Under the pieces are notes generated by a model, which worked only from the letters and a program-made list of their open reading frames with translations, searched no databases and was not told the DNA's origin. Positions 20,118-28,773 of a stretch of 64,000 nt of DNA are shown here, piece by piece. A program made the translations under genes and the position numbers. Origin of the DNA: Bdellovibrionales bacterium (lineage in GTDB: Bacteria > Bdellovibrionota > Bdellovibrionia > Bdellovibrionales > JAGQZY01); the NCBI GenBank assembly GCA_964230645.1, contig CAXRHT010000002.1, forward strand, positions 288,001 through 352,000. Direction: 5' to 3'. Positions within the stretch are counted from its first letter, which is position 1; each line of letters begins with the position of its first letter.

Positions 20118-20741
20118 CTAAAAGCGAAAGAAATAGGCCCCATTAAATTGAGTTCCACTGAAGTCATTATCAAGTCCTGTGATAAGTGATCCCTCCATAA
20201 AAACCCCAGCCTTCTCCCCTATTTTAATACCCAGGGTATTTGAAAGAAGAGAGCCATCAGCAGAGCTTGAGGCATCTGAAGAGACTGTTCTCAACATATA
20301 CTTGGTAGCTCCATAAAGACTTGTCATCTTGCTGACATCATAGCTGGCGTAAAGGGGAATCATTAGATCAATGATACTTGATTCTGCGGTTTCACCGTTC
20401 GACTCGGATTCAAAGGAAAGATACCCCAAGCCTAGGCCTGTGGCTAAGGCGAATTTTTCGCCATTGATGAGGTTGTATTTCACATCCACATTGGCTGTTC
20501 CTATGATGGCAATCTTGACACCAAAATCAAAATCTTTCCAAATTCCGCGGCGGTAAGCGTACTCGATCAAAGGCAAACTGATATCAGAGCCTCCAATGAA
20601 ATCATCACTTGAATAAAACCCCATTCCTATGGCGTGAAAGGAATCACCCTCCTCCAAAACTCTTGCTGTTTGCAGAGTGGAGACACTGGCACAGTTTGCA
20701 AAAATAAAACTCACACTGAGATACAAAATTATCTTCTTCAT
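20118..20741 (-). CDS. Hypothetical lipoprotein / outer-membrane beta-barrel-like protein
   Basis: Lipobox FANC; STLQTARVL; beta-strand pattern; C-terminal YFFRF. Confidence 0.7.
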   Translation of the reverse strand: MKKIILYLSVSFIFANCASVSTLQTARVLEEGDSFHAIGMGFYSSDDFIGGSDISLPLIEYAYRRGIWKDFDFGVKIAIIGTANVDVKYNLINGEKFALATGLGLGYLSFESESNGETAESSIIDLMIPLYASYDVSKMTSLYGATKYMLRTVSSDASSSADGSLLSNTLGIKIGEKAGVFMEGSLITGLDNDFSGTQFNGAYFFRF

Positions 20742-20750
20742 TGCAGCAAC

Positions 20751-21281
20751 CTATCTTCGTGTAATTTCAATACTGTTGAAAAAGTGACTGCACTCTTGGG
20801 TCTCCTCAAAAAGAATACGCAGGAGATACCTTTGGCCTGAGACCACTGGCCAACTGTCAAACATTCCCAATGTATAACTATCAAGAATCTCCCCTTGAGA
20901 GTCGACCTCAATCCAGGTCATACGTCGCTGCCAATCTCCACAATCGCCCTGATAAGAGGTCGAAAACTGCACGAACTCAAGGTCAGCACTTTCAATGGCC
21001 TTAAACTCTAAATCAACGACCGCGTCCGGGCTTGAGTCTTTCAGTGAAAAAGACACAGCTTCATCGAGACTTAATTCTAAAACTCCGTGATAGCTTGCCG
21101 ATTGACTGATGGTAGGCACGGTTTCAGGCACTTCTTGGGGGCTCAATTCGCTTTCTTCATTGTCAGTTCCTGTGTTGATACCAGGGGCCGGTACATTGTT
21201 GAACACCTGTTCAGCCGCGTCTTCTCCACTACAAGCCGACAATAGCGCTAAAACTATTATGTAACATTTTATTTTACTCAT
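20751..21281 (-). CDS. Hypothetical lipoprotein
   Basis: Start moved to ATG 21281 (AGGAGA RBS); MSKIKCYIIVLALLSAC lipobox. Confidence 0.7.
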   Translation of the reverse strand: MSKIKCYIIVLALLSACSGEDAAEQVFNNVPAPGINTGTDNEESELSPQEVPETVPTISQSASYHGVLELSLDEAVSFSLKDSSPDAVVDLEFKAIESADLEFVQFSTSYQGDCGDWQRRMTWIEVDSQGEILDSYTLGMFDSWPVVSGQRYLLRILFEETQECSHFFNSIEITRR

Positions 21282-21424
21282 GATCTCTCTCCTTTTTTGG
21301 TTTGTTGGAGCCGATCTTTTGACATGCAAATTACATAACTTCAATTATTTTTTACATATTGTAACTTTTTTGAGGATGCAAATAGCAAAACTCGAGTCAT
21401 GACTCGCTTTAACGCAGCCGGTTG

Positions 21425-22051
21425 TTAAACGAGAATTCTATCGATTACCTGGTCTAATTTTTCTTTGAAGGAGCGCGGTAGGCGCTTTTTTTGAGCGCCC
21501 TCGGTGGCTAACATTTTAATAAATAAGCCCACAGCGTACTCGTGAATCATGGCCGCAATCTGTTTAGAGTCCGCGGTTTTAGGAAGGAGACCTTCCCGCT
21601 CGGCTTGTTGAACATAGCGGTAAACGCGCTCGCCACCGAGTTTAAAAGCGCGCTGCCCTGTTTTGCCATTGGACCCATCAAGACTACTGTAATAGTAGGT
21701 CAAAAGGATAATCTTGGCTTGGTCGCGGTGATGAAACCCCCAATTGATATTTTCATAACAGTGGGTCCTTAGCGCCTCAACTCCATCCATTGTGTTTTTG
21801 ATTTTGGCGTCCACCCAAGTGTGATTGTTAAAGGATACATATTTTCTAACGGCAAGAAGGAGATTCTCCTTACTCTCAAAGTGCTTCAAAATAAGGGGAT
21901 GAGAGGTGGCCGTCTCTCGGGCAATTTCCTTTAGAGTCACGTGATTGAAGCCATCCTGACTAAAAAGCCTAATGGCGCCCTTCATAATTTTAATTTTTGT
22001 CTCTTGTCCCTTTGTCAGGTCCGAAGAAGCAAACCAATTCCAATCTTGCAA
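21425..22051 (-). CDS. TetR/AcrR-family transcriptional regulator
   Basis: AIRLFSQDGFNHVTLKEIARETATSHPLILKHFESKENL helix-turn-helix. Confidence 0.88.
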   Translation of the reverse strand: MQDWNWFASSDLTKGQETKIKIMKGAIRLFSQDGFNHVTLKEIARETATSHPLILKHFESKENLLLAVRKYVSFNNHTWVDAKIKNTMDGVEALRTHCYENINWGFHHRDQAKIILLTYYYSSLDGSNGKTGQRAFKLGGERVYRYVQQAEREGLLPKTADSKQIAAMIHEYAVGLFIKMLATEGAQKKRLPRSFKEKLDQVIDRILV

Positions 22052-22192
22052 TATTGTCCTCTTTTTCGCTGGTGGGTTTATCTTAATAGAAAAAATGGAA
22101 AAAATATAGAAGGTCCAACAAAGATTGAAAACAATCCAAGACTCTCCTAATCTTAATTAAGATCTTGTAACTCTTCTCCTCAGGACGGCTTT

Positions 22193-23755
22193 ATTTTTAT
22201 TCTATCCAAAAAAATCCAAGCCTTTTCCCTATCGATCCTGGTCGCTCTAGGGGCTAGTCTTTCTGTTTTTGCCTGCACTCCCTCCGAGGAAGCTCAGCAA
22301 GAAGCGAGTCGACTTAATGTGAGCCTTGGAAGTGCTCCTGACACTCTGGACTGGCATATTACCACCAGTCTTGTCTCGGGCTGGGTAAATATAAATACCA
22401 TGCGCGGACTTTTTGCCTACAACCTTGATGTCAAAGAGATTGAATTAAAAGCTGACCTCGTAGACACCTATCGCTCCAGTCCTAGCAAGAAAAATTGGAA
22501 TTTTTGCCTAAAAAAAGACATTCAGTGGTCTGACGGTGAACCTCTGCAAATTCAGCACGTCATCGATTCTTGGCAAAGGCTTCTTAATCCAGAGATCGGC
22601 TCGCCCCACGCTCATCAACTCTTTAATATTGTGGGAGCCAAAGCCTTCTACCAAAATAAGTTGGCTTTCTCACAGGTGGGGATAAGAAAGATTAACGACC
22701 GCTGCTTTTCCATCGATCTCATCCATTCGGATGCAAACTTCCCTCATAGACTCACAGCCCCCTACCTCTACCCTATTCGTAAAGATCTTATTAACATTCA
22801 TAAAGAGAAATGGACCCTTCCTAAAAACTGGGTGGGTCTTGGAGCTTATAAGCTTAACCAAGGCGACCTCTCCACACACCTTCTTCTTAGAAAAAATAAG
22901 AAAGCTAAAAAAATTAAAAGCGGTCCCGAAGAAGTGAAACTCTTTTGGCTGGATTCAGCAAAAACGGCCCTCAACCTTTTTCAATCAGGGCAACTGGACC
23001 TCATTAAATCCCCGCAAGCGCCACTGCTCACCCCAGCCTTGCGCCAAGAATCCCAAGTGAGCTCTCCCTCTATGGGGCTTACCTTCATCGGTTTTAATGA
23101 GACAAAGACAATCGATCGAGAAGTTAAAACCCAGCTACAAGCCCTTGTTGCCACTGCGAGCTTCACTGAAAAGATTTTTAAGGATCGTCCCAGAACTAGA
23201 ACCCTCATACCTTGGGAAAAATTTGATTTGAATCCGAAAAGTCAAAAAAACCATCAAACAGCAGAAATCAAAAAACTCAACCCTACGAGGAAATTAGTGC
23301 TAAGCACCCCTTCAGCGGATCTGGATATTTTGCAAAGGATCGCCTATTTAAGCAAAAAAAAGCTCAACTTAAACATCGAAATCAAAATCGAAAACTCTTC
23401 GCAATACTTCTTTAATCTTTTAAACAACAACAATTTTGACCTTTATCGCCTCTCTTACACCCCGGCCATACTCCTGCCGAGCATTTACCTTGAAATGTTC
23501 GCCAGCAATGCTCATAACAATTTCAGTGGGTACAAAAATAAAAAATACTCCAAAAAATTGGCGAAGCTAAAAAGATCTCCTCAGGCTTTCAGCCAAAGAA
23601 AACTTTTGCAAACACTGGAGAATAAGCTTCTTTATGAGGACATAGTCATCCTCCCCCTTTATCGCAATAGGGAAGCTTTTTTACTTGATAAGAAAAAGTG
23701 GCAATGGGAGCCTCATCCGAGTGGTCGAATTCGTTTTGAGCGTTTTACTCACTAA
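22193..23755 (+). CDS. Peptide ABC transporter substrate-binding protein (OppA-like); true start uncertain (ORF track start 22319)
   Basis: PDTLDW, WNFCLKKDIQWSDGEP, SWQRLLNP, GLGAYKL, ILPLY. An in-frame lipoprotein signal lies upstream of 22319. Confidence 0.8.
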   Translation: MFILSKKIQAFSLSILVALGASLSVFACTPSEEAQQEASRLNVSLGSAPDTLDWHITTSLVSGWVNINTMRGLFAYNLDVKEIELKADLVDTYRSSPSKKNWNFCLKKDIQWSDGEPLQIQHVIDSWQRLLNPEIGSPHAHQLFNIVGAKAFYQNKLAFSQVGIRKINDRCFSIDLIHSDANFPHRLTAPYLYPIRKDLINIHKEKWTLPKNWVGLGAYKLNQGDLSTHLLLRKNKKAKKIKSGPEEVKLFWLDSAKTALNLFQSGQLDLIKSPQAPLLTPALRQESQVSSPSMGLTFIGFNETKTIDREVKTQLQALVATASFTEKIFKDRPRTRTLIPWEKFDLNPKSQKNHQTAEIKKLNPTRKLVLSTPSADLDILQRIAYLSKKKLNLNIEIKIENSSQYFFNLLNNNNFDLYRLSYTPAILLPSIYLEMFASNAHNNFSGYKNKKYSKKLAKLKRSPQAFSQRKLLQTLENKLLYEDIVILPLYRNREAFLLDKKKWQWEPHPSGRIRFERFTH

Positions 23756-25102
23756 TTACAGCCCCCAGGGATCGTCTTGGTCAAAGGAGAAACGACTGTT
23801 GTCATCAAAACTTTGCTCCTCTCTGGCCAACTGAACAAACTGATCTAAAAGATCTAGCCCCAGTCTTGGATCTTCAATAATCAATAGGTCTTTAAGGAGA
23901 TTCTCTAAATTACGCCAATTGGGGATATATTGATCTTTAATTTCGAGGGGAATGGAACGGAAGACCACCCATAGTTTTTCTACAAGTTCTCGGTAATTCA
24001 GGAAAATTTGATCTAATTTTTGGGCCCCTAGCCGTGTTGTCTCATTGTATTCTTCAAAAGCCTGTCTAAAAAAATAATTGGCTTCCTCAAGGGAATTGAT
24101 CTCGATGCGAATTTGATCCACCTGACGATTGACCCGAGTCACTTGATCAAATCTCTGCGCCCATCCTCTTCGAAAGCGGGCGTGCACATCGGCGTCCATG
24201 GCACCCTGGGACTGCCCTCTCACTGTGGGCAGGATAGATTTATCATAATGCCGATTAATAAAGTCTCGACCTTTTATTTGAATAAGAGTGAGGCCGTCAT
24301 GAGTTTTGATGGGCAGCATCAGTCCTGTTTCAGACTCCCGGTAAACGATTTCAAAGCCCTTTTCTACCTGAAGAGGAATAAGAGATTCTCTTGTCACACC
24401 GTAAATGATCAGTTGATCAATCTCAGGAGTAAAGCGTTGAAAGACCGAGTACTCGCTATCGTTGTAGTGCGTGTCGACAAGGCCAGCCACATAGGCATAG
24501 GCCGCATCGACAACATCGACAAAATATTTAGGTCCATCGAGAAGTCCCAATTCTATCACGCTCTCGCCTTTTTCTCTTGCCGGTAAAATAAGATCGGGAT
24601 TGCGACGCTCCATCGGCAGGCGCGAATCCGTCCAGGAGGCCTCATGCCACTGTTTTCCATAGCGATAAGGCAGCGGGGAACCATCAAAGATACGAATTCC
24701 TCCCTGCTCGCCGTTGTACTCAAAACTGATATATTCTGAACGCAAAGGGGATAAGCTCCTATCGAGTGCATAAAGGGCGTTGATCTGAGCCACCGTATAA
24801 TGTCCTGATTGCAACCAGTTGCTGAGGGTCTTTTTTACGATTTCATCAGTCACCGGAACTGAGGTATTTTCATTGAATACATTGAGACCGGCTTGAAATC
24901 TTCGGGTTTGCCTGGTGGACTGGCGTGTGGTGAGAGCAAACTCAACCGGTGAAAAAACTTGCCGACATTGGCCCGCATTCTTTGGTCCAAAACTTTGTGC
25001 ACGACCAGTCGAATAGACGCTTAGATTCGACACAGCTGTTGAGGCTTTAATCGCTGTGAACATACTAAAAACGAAGACCGTCAGTGTCGCAAAATATTTC
25101 AA
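23756..25102 (-). CDS. Secreted hypothetical protein (paralog of 25099-26553)
   Basis: Signal peptide; TTG start overlaps the upstream stop; motifs shared with its neighbour. Confidence 0.75.
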   Translation of the reverse strand: MKYFATLTVFVFSMFTAIKASTAVSNLSVYSTGRAQSFGPKNAGQCRQVFSPVEFALTTRQSTRQTRRFQAGLNVFNENTSVPVTDEIVKKTLSNWLQSGHYTVAQINALYALDRSLSPLRSEYISFEYNGEQGGIRIFDGSPLPYRYGKQWHEASWTDSRLPMERRNPDLILPAREKGESVIELGLLDGPKYFVDVVDAAYAYVAGLVDTHYNDSEYSVFQRFTPEIDQLIIYGVTRESLIPLQVEKGFEIVYRESETGLMLPIKTHDGLTLIQIKGRDFINRHYDKSILPTVRGQSQGAMDADVHARFRRGWAQRFDQVTRVNRQVDQIRIEINSLEEANYFFRQAFEEYNETTRLGAQKLDQIFLNYRELVEKLWVVFRSIPLEIKDQYIPNWRNLENLLKDLLIIEDPRLGLDLLDQFVQLAREEQSFDDNSRFSFDQDDPWGL

Positions 25103-26553
25103 AGTTCCCCCTCACCCATTTCATGTAAATAAGTGCGATTGGCTAAGAACTGTACTGGATCTCTGAGTAAAAATTCGAGCATAGCAAAATAACTCAAACC
25201 CGCTTCCTTAGGAACATGTGAGCCGAGGAGGTTTTGAAGAAGTGATAACACTCTTCTCTCGGTGGCATCGCTATAGGTTTGCGAGAAAATATCATCGGGC
25301 AAAGAATTGCGTAGTAATATAAATCGGGCCAATAGATCCATTATTGGTCCTTGCTTATCGCCTGAGCCTTGTTGGATTTGAACATAATTTATAATAAGGT
25401 TTTCCATTTCCTGAAAAAACTCATCAATAGTTGAAATACCATAAAGGTCTTGTGGCAGCTTCTTATAGGCAATGTCTAACTGTGATTTGTAAAAATCTCG
25501 GATTTTTTCCTCGTTCCTTAAACCATTGGCATTTCCAAACAAAGGCTGATGAAAACGGAGATTAAAATATTTACTCAAAAAATCAGATCCCTTGATATGA
25601 AAGATATAATAGCGCTTTTCCTTCTTGGTCATGAAAACAGGAAAACCTTGGGCATCTAAAAGGGGATCTATATCTAAAGTGCGCTGATAATAGGGCACTA
25701 ATTTTTCGCTTGAGTAAAAAACGATATCAACATCGTCGTTTTCAATATAATTTTTGCGACCAAAATTAAAAAAGCTTCTCTGATTGTAGTGCAGATCAAG
25801 CAGGTCTGCGGCCTGAGCAAACAAAGTTAACAAAGCTGAGTCCTGCTTGCCAGCAACACTACCAAGTCCCAGTGACCAGGTGTACTGCGACCTGGAAATG
25901 CCTCGGGCTTTTAAGGCCTCATCCAACTGAAAGCCTGGAAAAACCTGTTCAGCGATCTCCTTGGTGTCGCTCTCAGAAAGTTCGGGAACAGTGCGCCTGC
26001 GAGAAAAAGACTTCATAACGGGGGAAGAATCAAAGATTCTGAGGGCTGAGAAAAGAGCTCCTTGAGTGCTGGTGAAGTTTGAGGTCTCATTTTCACGGCG
26101 AGAAAGGTTAAGTTGGGGGAATCGCCCGTCCTCAACACTCTCCACACTGATAATTTTAAGGCGATGGGGAGATAAGCGACGATGCAGAGAAAAAGCTCTA
26201 TCAACCTCTTCGGCCGAATAGAACCCACTTCGCTTCCACTCCATAAGAACGCGAGCCACCACTGTTTCGGAGAGCTCTTTAAAAGAGTCAATGGGCTGCT
26301 CGTTTAACTGCATCCCACGAGCCTGATCGTTACGCCGACCGCCATCCATAGAAAAACTGGCCGTTCTTTGAATACGAATATTAGAACCTGGTCCATTGCT
26401 GGCGAAAACAGACTGACAACGTAACATTTTATGACCAATATTTACGGCACTTTGATTTGATACTGAATCATACACAGAGATAAAATAATCAGTCGCCATA
26501 ACCATGGGACTGGTGACTAGTACCATAAAAAGAAACAAAAATTTGAACCGCAT
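25099..26553 (-). CDS. Secreted hypothetical protein (paralog of 23756-25102)
   Basis: Likely start ATG 26553 (MRFKFLFLFMVLVTSPMVMA signal peptide). Confidence 0.75.
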   Translation of the reverse strand: MRFKFLFLFMVLVTSPMVMATDYFISVYDSVSNQSAVNIGHKMLRCQSVFASNGPGSNIRIQRTASFSMDGGRRNDQARGMQLNEQPIDSFKELSETVVARVLMEWKRSGFYSAEEVDRAFSLHRRLSPHRLKIISVESVEDGRFPQLNLSRRENETSNFTSTQGALFSALRIFDSSPVMKSFSRRRTVPELSESDTKEIAEQVFPGFQLDEALKARGISRSQYTWSLGLGSVAGKQDSALLTLFAQAADLLDLHYNQRSFFNFGRKNYIENDDVDIVFYSSEKLVPYYQRTLDIDPLLDAQGFPVFMTKKEKRYYIFHIKGSDFLSKYFNLRFHQPLFGNANGLRNEEKIRDFYKSQLDIAYKKLPQDLYGISTIDEFFQEMENLIINYVQIQQGSGDKQGPIMDLLARFILLRNSLPDDIFSQTYSDATERRVLSLLQNLLGSHVPKEAGLSYFAMLEFLLRDPVQFLANRTYLHEMGEGEL

Positions 26554-26727
26554 TGCTCGGTAGTAGTGCAAACTCAGGGCCACTGCCCAGATTTGCCATT
26601 GGCCTCAACTCTCTTCTCTTTTTAACTGGCAGGTCAGAATTCACGATACCTATTGGTGACTCTTAAGCTTTTGGTACTTTTTTCATTTCTGCCAATAAGA
26701 TCAACGCTCATACCTTCCTTAAGCGGC

Positions 26728-27018
26728 CTTCCCATGTGTCGTCCTGAGGTTGCTTCCCAAATGTCGCCCTGAGGCTATTTCCCAAATGTTGTCCTGAGGC
26801 TACTTCCCAAATGTCGTCCTGAGGCTACTTCCAAAATGTCGCCCTGAGGCTACTTCCCAAATGTCGTCCTGAGGCGAAGCCGAAGGACCTTAGAGCGCTC
26901 GGCAGTTTCTCAGGTGACCACCAGGAGTTCGTTTTCGGAGAGATTTATAAATTGAAATCGTGAGAAGCGTAGGGGGCGAGGTTGTAAAGGTCCTTCGGCT
27001 TCGCCTCAGGACGACATT
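26728..27018. repeat. Six tandem 25-bp units running into a REP inverted doublet (REPIN/MITE-like)
   Basis: Unit CTTCCCAAATGTCGTCCTGAGGCTA at 26728, 26753, 26778, 26803, 26828, 26853. Perfect 32-bp inverted repeat 26860-26891 / 26987-27018. Confidence 0.92.
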
Positions 27019-27185
27019 GATTTTTGCTCGGGACAACTCATTTTAACCGAATCTGCTTTCACAACAAATCACCACATGAAAACCAGGAGCTATTAATTCC
27101 TTTTTTGTGCTTTTCTTTTTACAAATAAACTCATTCACCTCACAGCTAAGGTGAATTTAGCAATCTAAACTTAAAAGGAGATATT

Positions 27186-27680
27186 ATGTTTAGAAACAAA
27201 ATCGTTATAATACTACTCGGTGGTCTTTTTAGCCTGCAGTCTATAGCAATGGAAAAGACCGTATTACAAGAGAGTGACGTGAATGTGAGAGTCAATCCTG
27301 AGATGCTTTACTGCCAAGTGAGAGTTGGCGGAGTGGTCTCTAAAGACAACCAAGTCCCCCACTGGGATGAACTCACTTTGATTAGACGAGGGATTCATTT
27401 TCAAACAGCACCCAGTCTCCCCACCCTCGACACTCTGAACACCGCCCATCGTTTAACTCCGCAGGAGTGCGTTGAATTTCGACAAGCTATGCGTGGGTTA
27501 CCGCCGGTTGAAACCATCTACTCTTCTAAAAAAATTAGAAGCCGCAGTCTACAGAGCAATGGTCTTTGTATCGAAGATATGACCTTGGTGGCCCAGGTCG
27601 AAGTTCACGGAGAGGTTTTTAATGGTCAGAAACACCTTTCCAGAAAATCTTTTCAAGCCACAGAATCAAACTGTTTATAG
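27186..27680 (+). CDS. Secreted Cys-containing hypothetical protein
   Basis: AAGGAG RBS, signal peptide, four Cys; followed by a terminator. Confidence 0.75.
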   Translation: MFRNKIVIILLGGLFSLQSIAMEKTVLQESDVNVRVNPEMLYCQVRVGGVVSKDNQVPHWDELTLIRRGIHFQTAPSLPTLDTLNTAHRLTPQECVEFRQAMRGLPPVETIYSSKKIRSRSLQSNGLCIEDMTLVAQVEVHGEVFNGQKHLSRKSFQATESNCL

Positions 27681-27684
27681 GAGC

Positions 27685-27718
27685 AAAAGGGACACTGGTT
27701 TCAGTGTTCCCTATTTTT
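27685..27718. terminator. Intrinsic terminator
   Basis: GGGACACTG-gttt-CAGTGTTCCC hairpin with A and T tails between convergent genes. Confidence 0.65.
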
Positions 27719-27769
27719 GAAACTCAAGGCCTGCACGATAATCTCGTCAGAGTAGATAGATTTTTACTA

Positions 27770-28156
27770 TTAACTGTTAATGACGATCACGTAAATGATG
27801 TAAATATGAGTGAGGTGATGGACCATTTGGTCTAGTCCCAAAACGTTCCAAAAACCTGAGCGCTTGAGATTATTAAAACGACCAAGGTAGCGAGGACCAG
27901 ATTTGAGTCGGTCCATTAGGAAGTGAACCACGAAGTCGAAGATGGCCAACCACCAAAGACTCGCGTTAAATATCAGACATATTGCTAGGGTTAAACCGGC
28001 GTGGACGAGGCAGTGCATACTCAAGGGAAGCAGGAAGTCCCACTCCGGCCTTGTCTTTCGTAACATATACTCGCGCTGTAAAGGGAAATCGGCCACGAAA
28101 TGTTTAATTTGGTAAATGACCAATAAAAAAAATGTCAGTTCAAGTTGCGGGCTCAT
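27770..28156 (-). CDS. DUF3307-family membrane protein
   Basis: KHFVADFPLQ, HCLVH, HFLMDRLK, FWNVLGLDQMVHH. Confidence 0.8.
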   Translation of the reverse strand: MSPQLELTFFLLVIYQIKHFVADFPLQREYMLRKTRPEWDFLLPLSMHCLVHAGLTLAICLIFNASLWWLAIFDFVVHFLMDRLKSGPRYLGRFNNLKRSGFWNVLGLDQMVHHLTHIYIIYVIVINS

Positions 28157-28204
28157 TTCAAAATTCCAGTTGTTTCATCCAAGTTGCCGTTTTTCATTTT
28201 TCAA

Positions 28205-28720
28205 TTAAGAGTCATCTCTTAAGTCGAGATCAAACTCTTTGTTGCCATCAATTTTATATCTCTCATTTTCAAAAACCTCATCAAGTTCTTTACTCATCTT
28301 AGCGTGCTCAATACGAGCTTTTTCCTGTAGCTTCCGCTTGCGCTCTCTATTTTTGATAAACTTGCGATAAGCTTTATAGGGGAAAGAATCCTCAGGGCGA
28401 TCAAAATTTTTACGCGCTCGCTCTCTTTTTTCCGCATAATTCTCGCGAATTTGCTTCTGCTCATCGGCTCGACTCAAACGCCTTTCGTTCCAGCGCTTTT
28501 TGCGTTGCAAATATTTTTCAAAACCTTTTTTTCGCTCACGCAACTTCTCGACGGCCTGCCTTTTTTCTTTTTCAATGGCGCGAGAATCGAGTCCATAGAC
28601 AACGGGCGTAAGAAAGTTAAAGATCATTAAAAAAGTGAGAGTTTTCAATGGCACTGGTTTTTCCTTTCTTGTCTTAAATCTTATCGGCAATTTATTGAAA
28701 AAACTTGTGTTTTCCGACAA
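28205..28720 (-). CDS. Hypothetical highly charged helical protein (start probably downstream of 28720)
   Basis: Signal-like LKTLTFLMIFNFLTPVVYG followed by a K/R/E-rich coiled coil. Confidence 0.6.
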   Translation of the reverse strand: MSENTSFFNKLPIRFKTRKEKPVPLKTLTFLMIFNFLTPVVYGLDSRAIEKEKRQAVEKLRERKKGFEKYLQRKKRWNERRLSRADEQKQIRENYAEKRERARKNFDRPEDSFPYKAYRKFIKNRERKRKLQEKARIEHAKMSKELDEVFENERYKIDGNKEFDLDLRDDS

Positions 28721-28773
28721 AGGGCTGGACTTACCCCCATGCTCGGCTTTATAAAAAAGACTTGGAGATAACT

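Noticed and set aside
19889..20173. ORFs 19889-20077 and 19937-20173
   Set aside because: They are translations of the REP repeats (CHSERSEES, FAPLRMT) rather than genes.
26728..26877. CRISPR array
   Set aside because: Units abut with no unique spacers, no cas genes are present, and the unit is part of the adjacent REP.
28705..28773. N-terminal extension of SohB, and similar long starts for hmgA, arfB, the DMT gene and ORF 58553
   Set aside because: A downstream ATG fits better with RBS, overlap or family N-terminus; some extensions overlap divergent genes.
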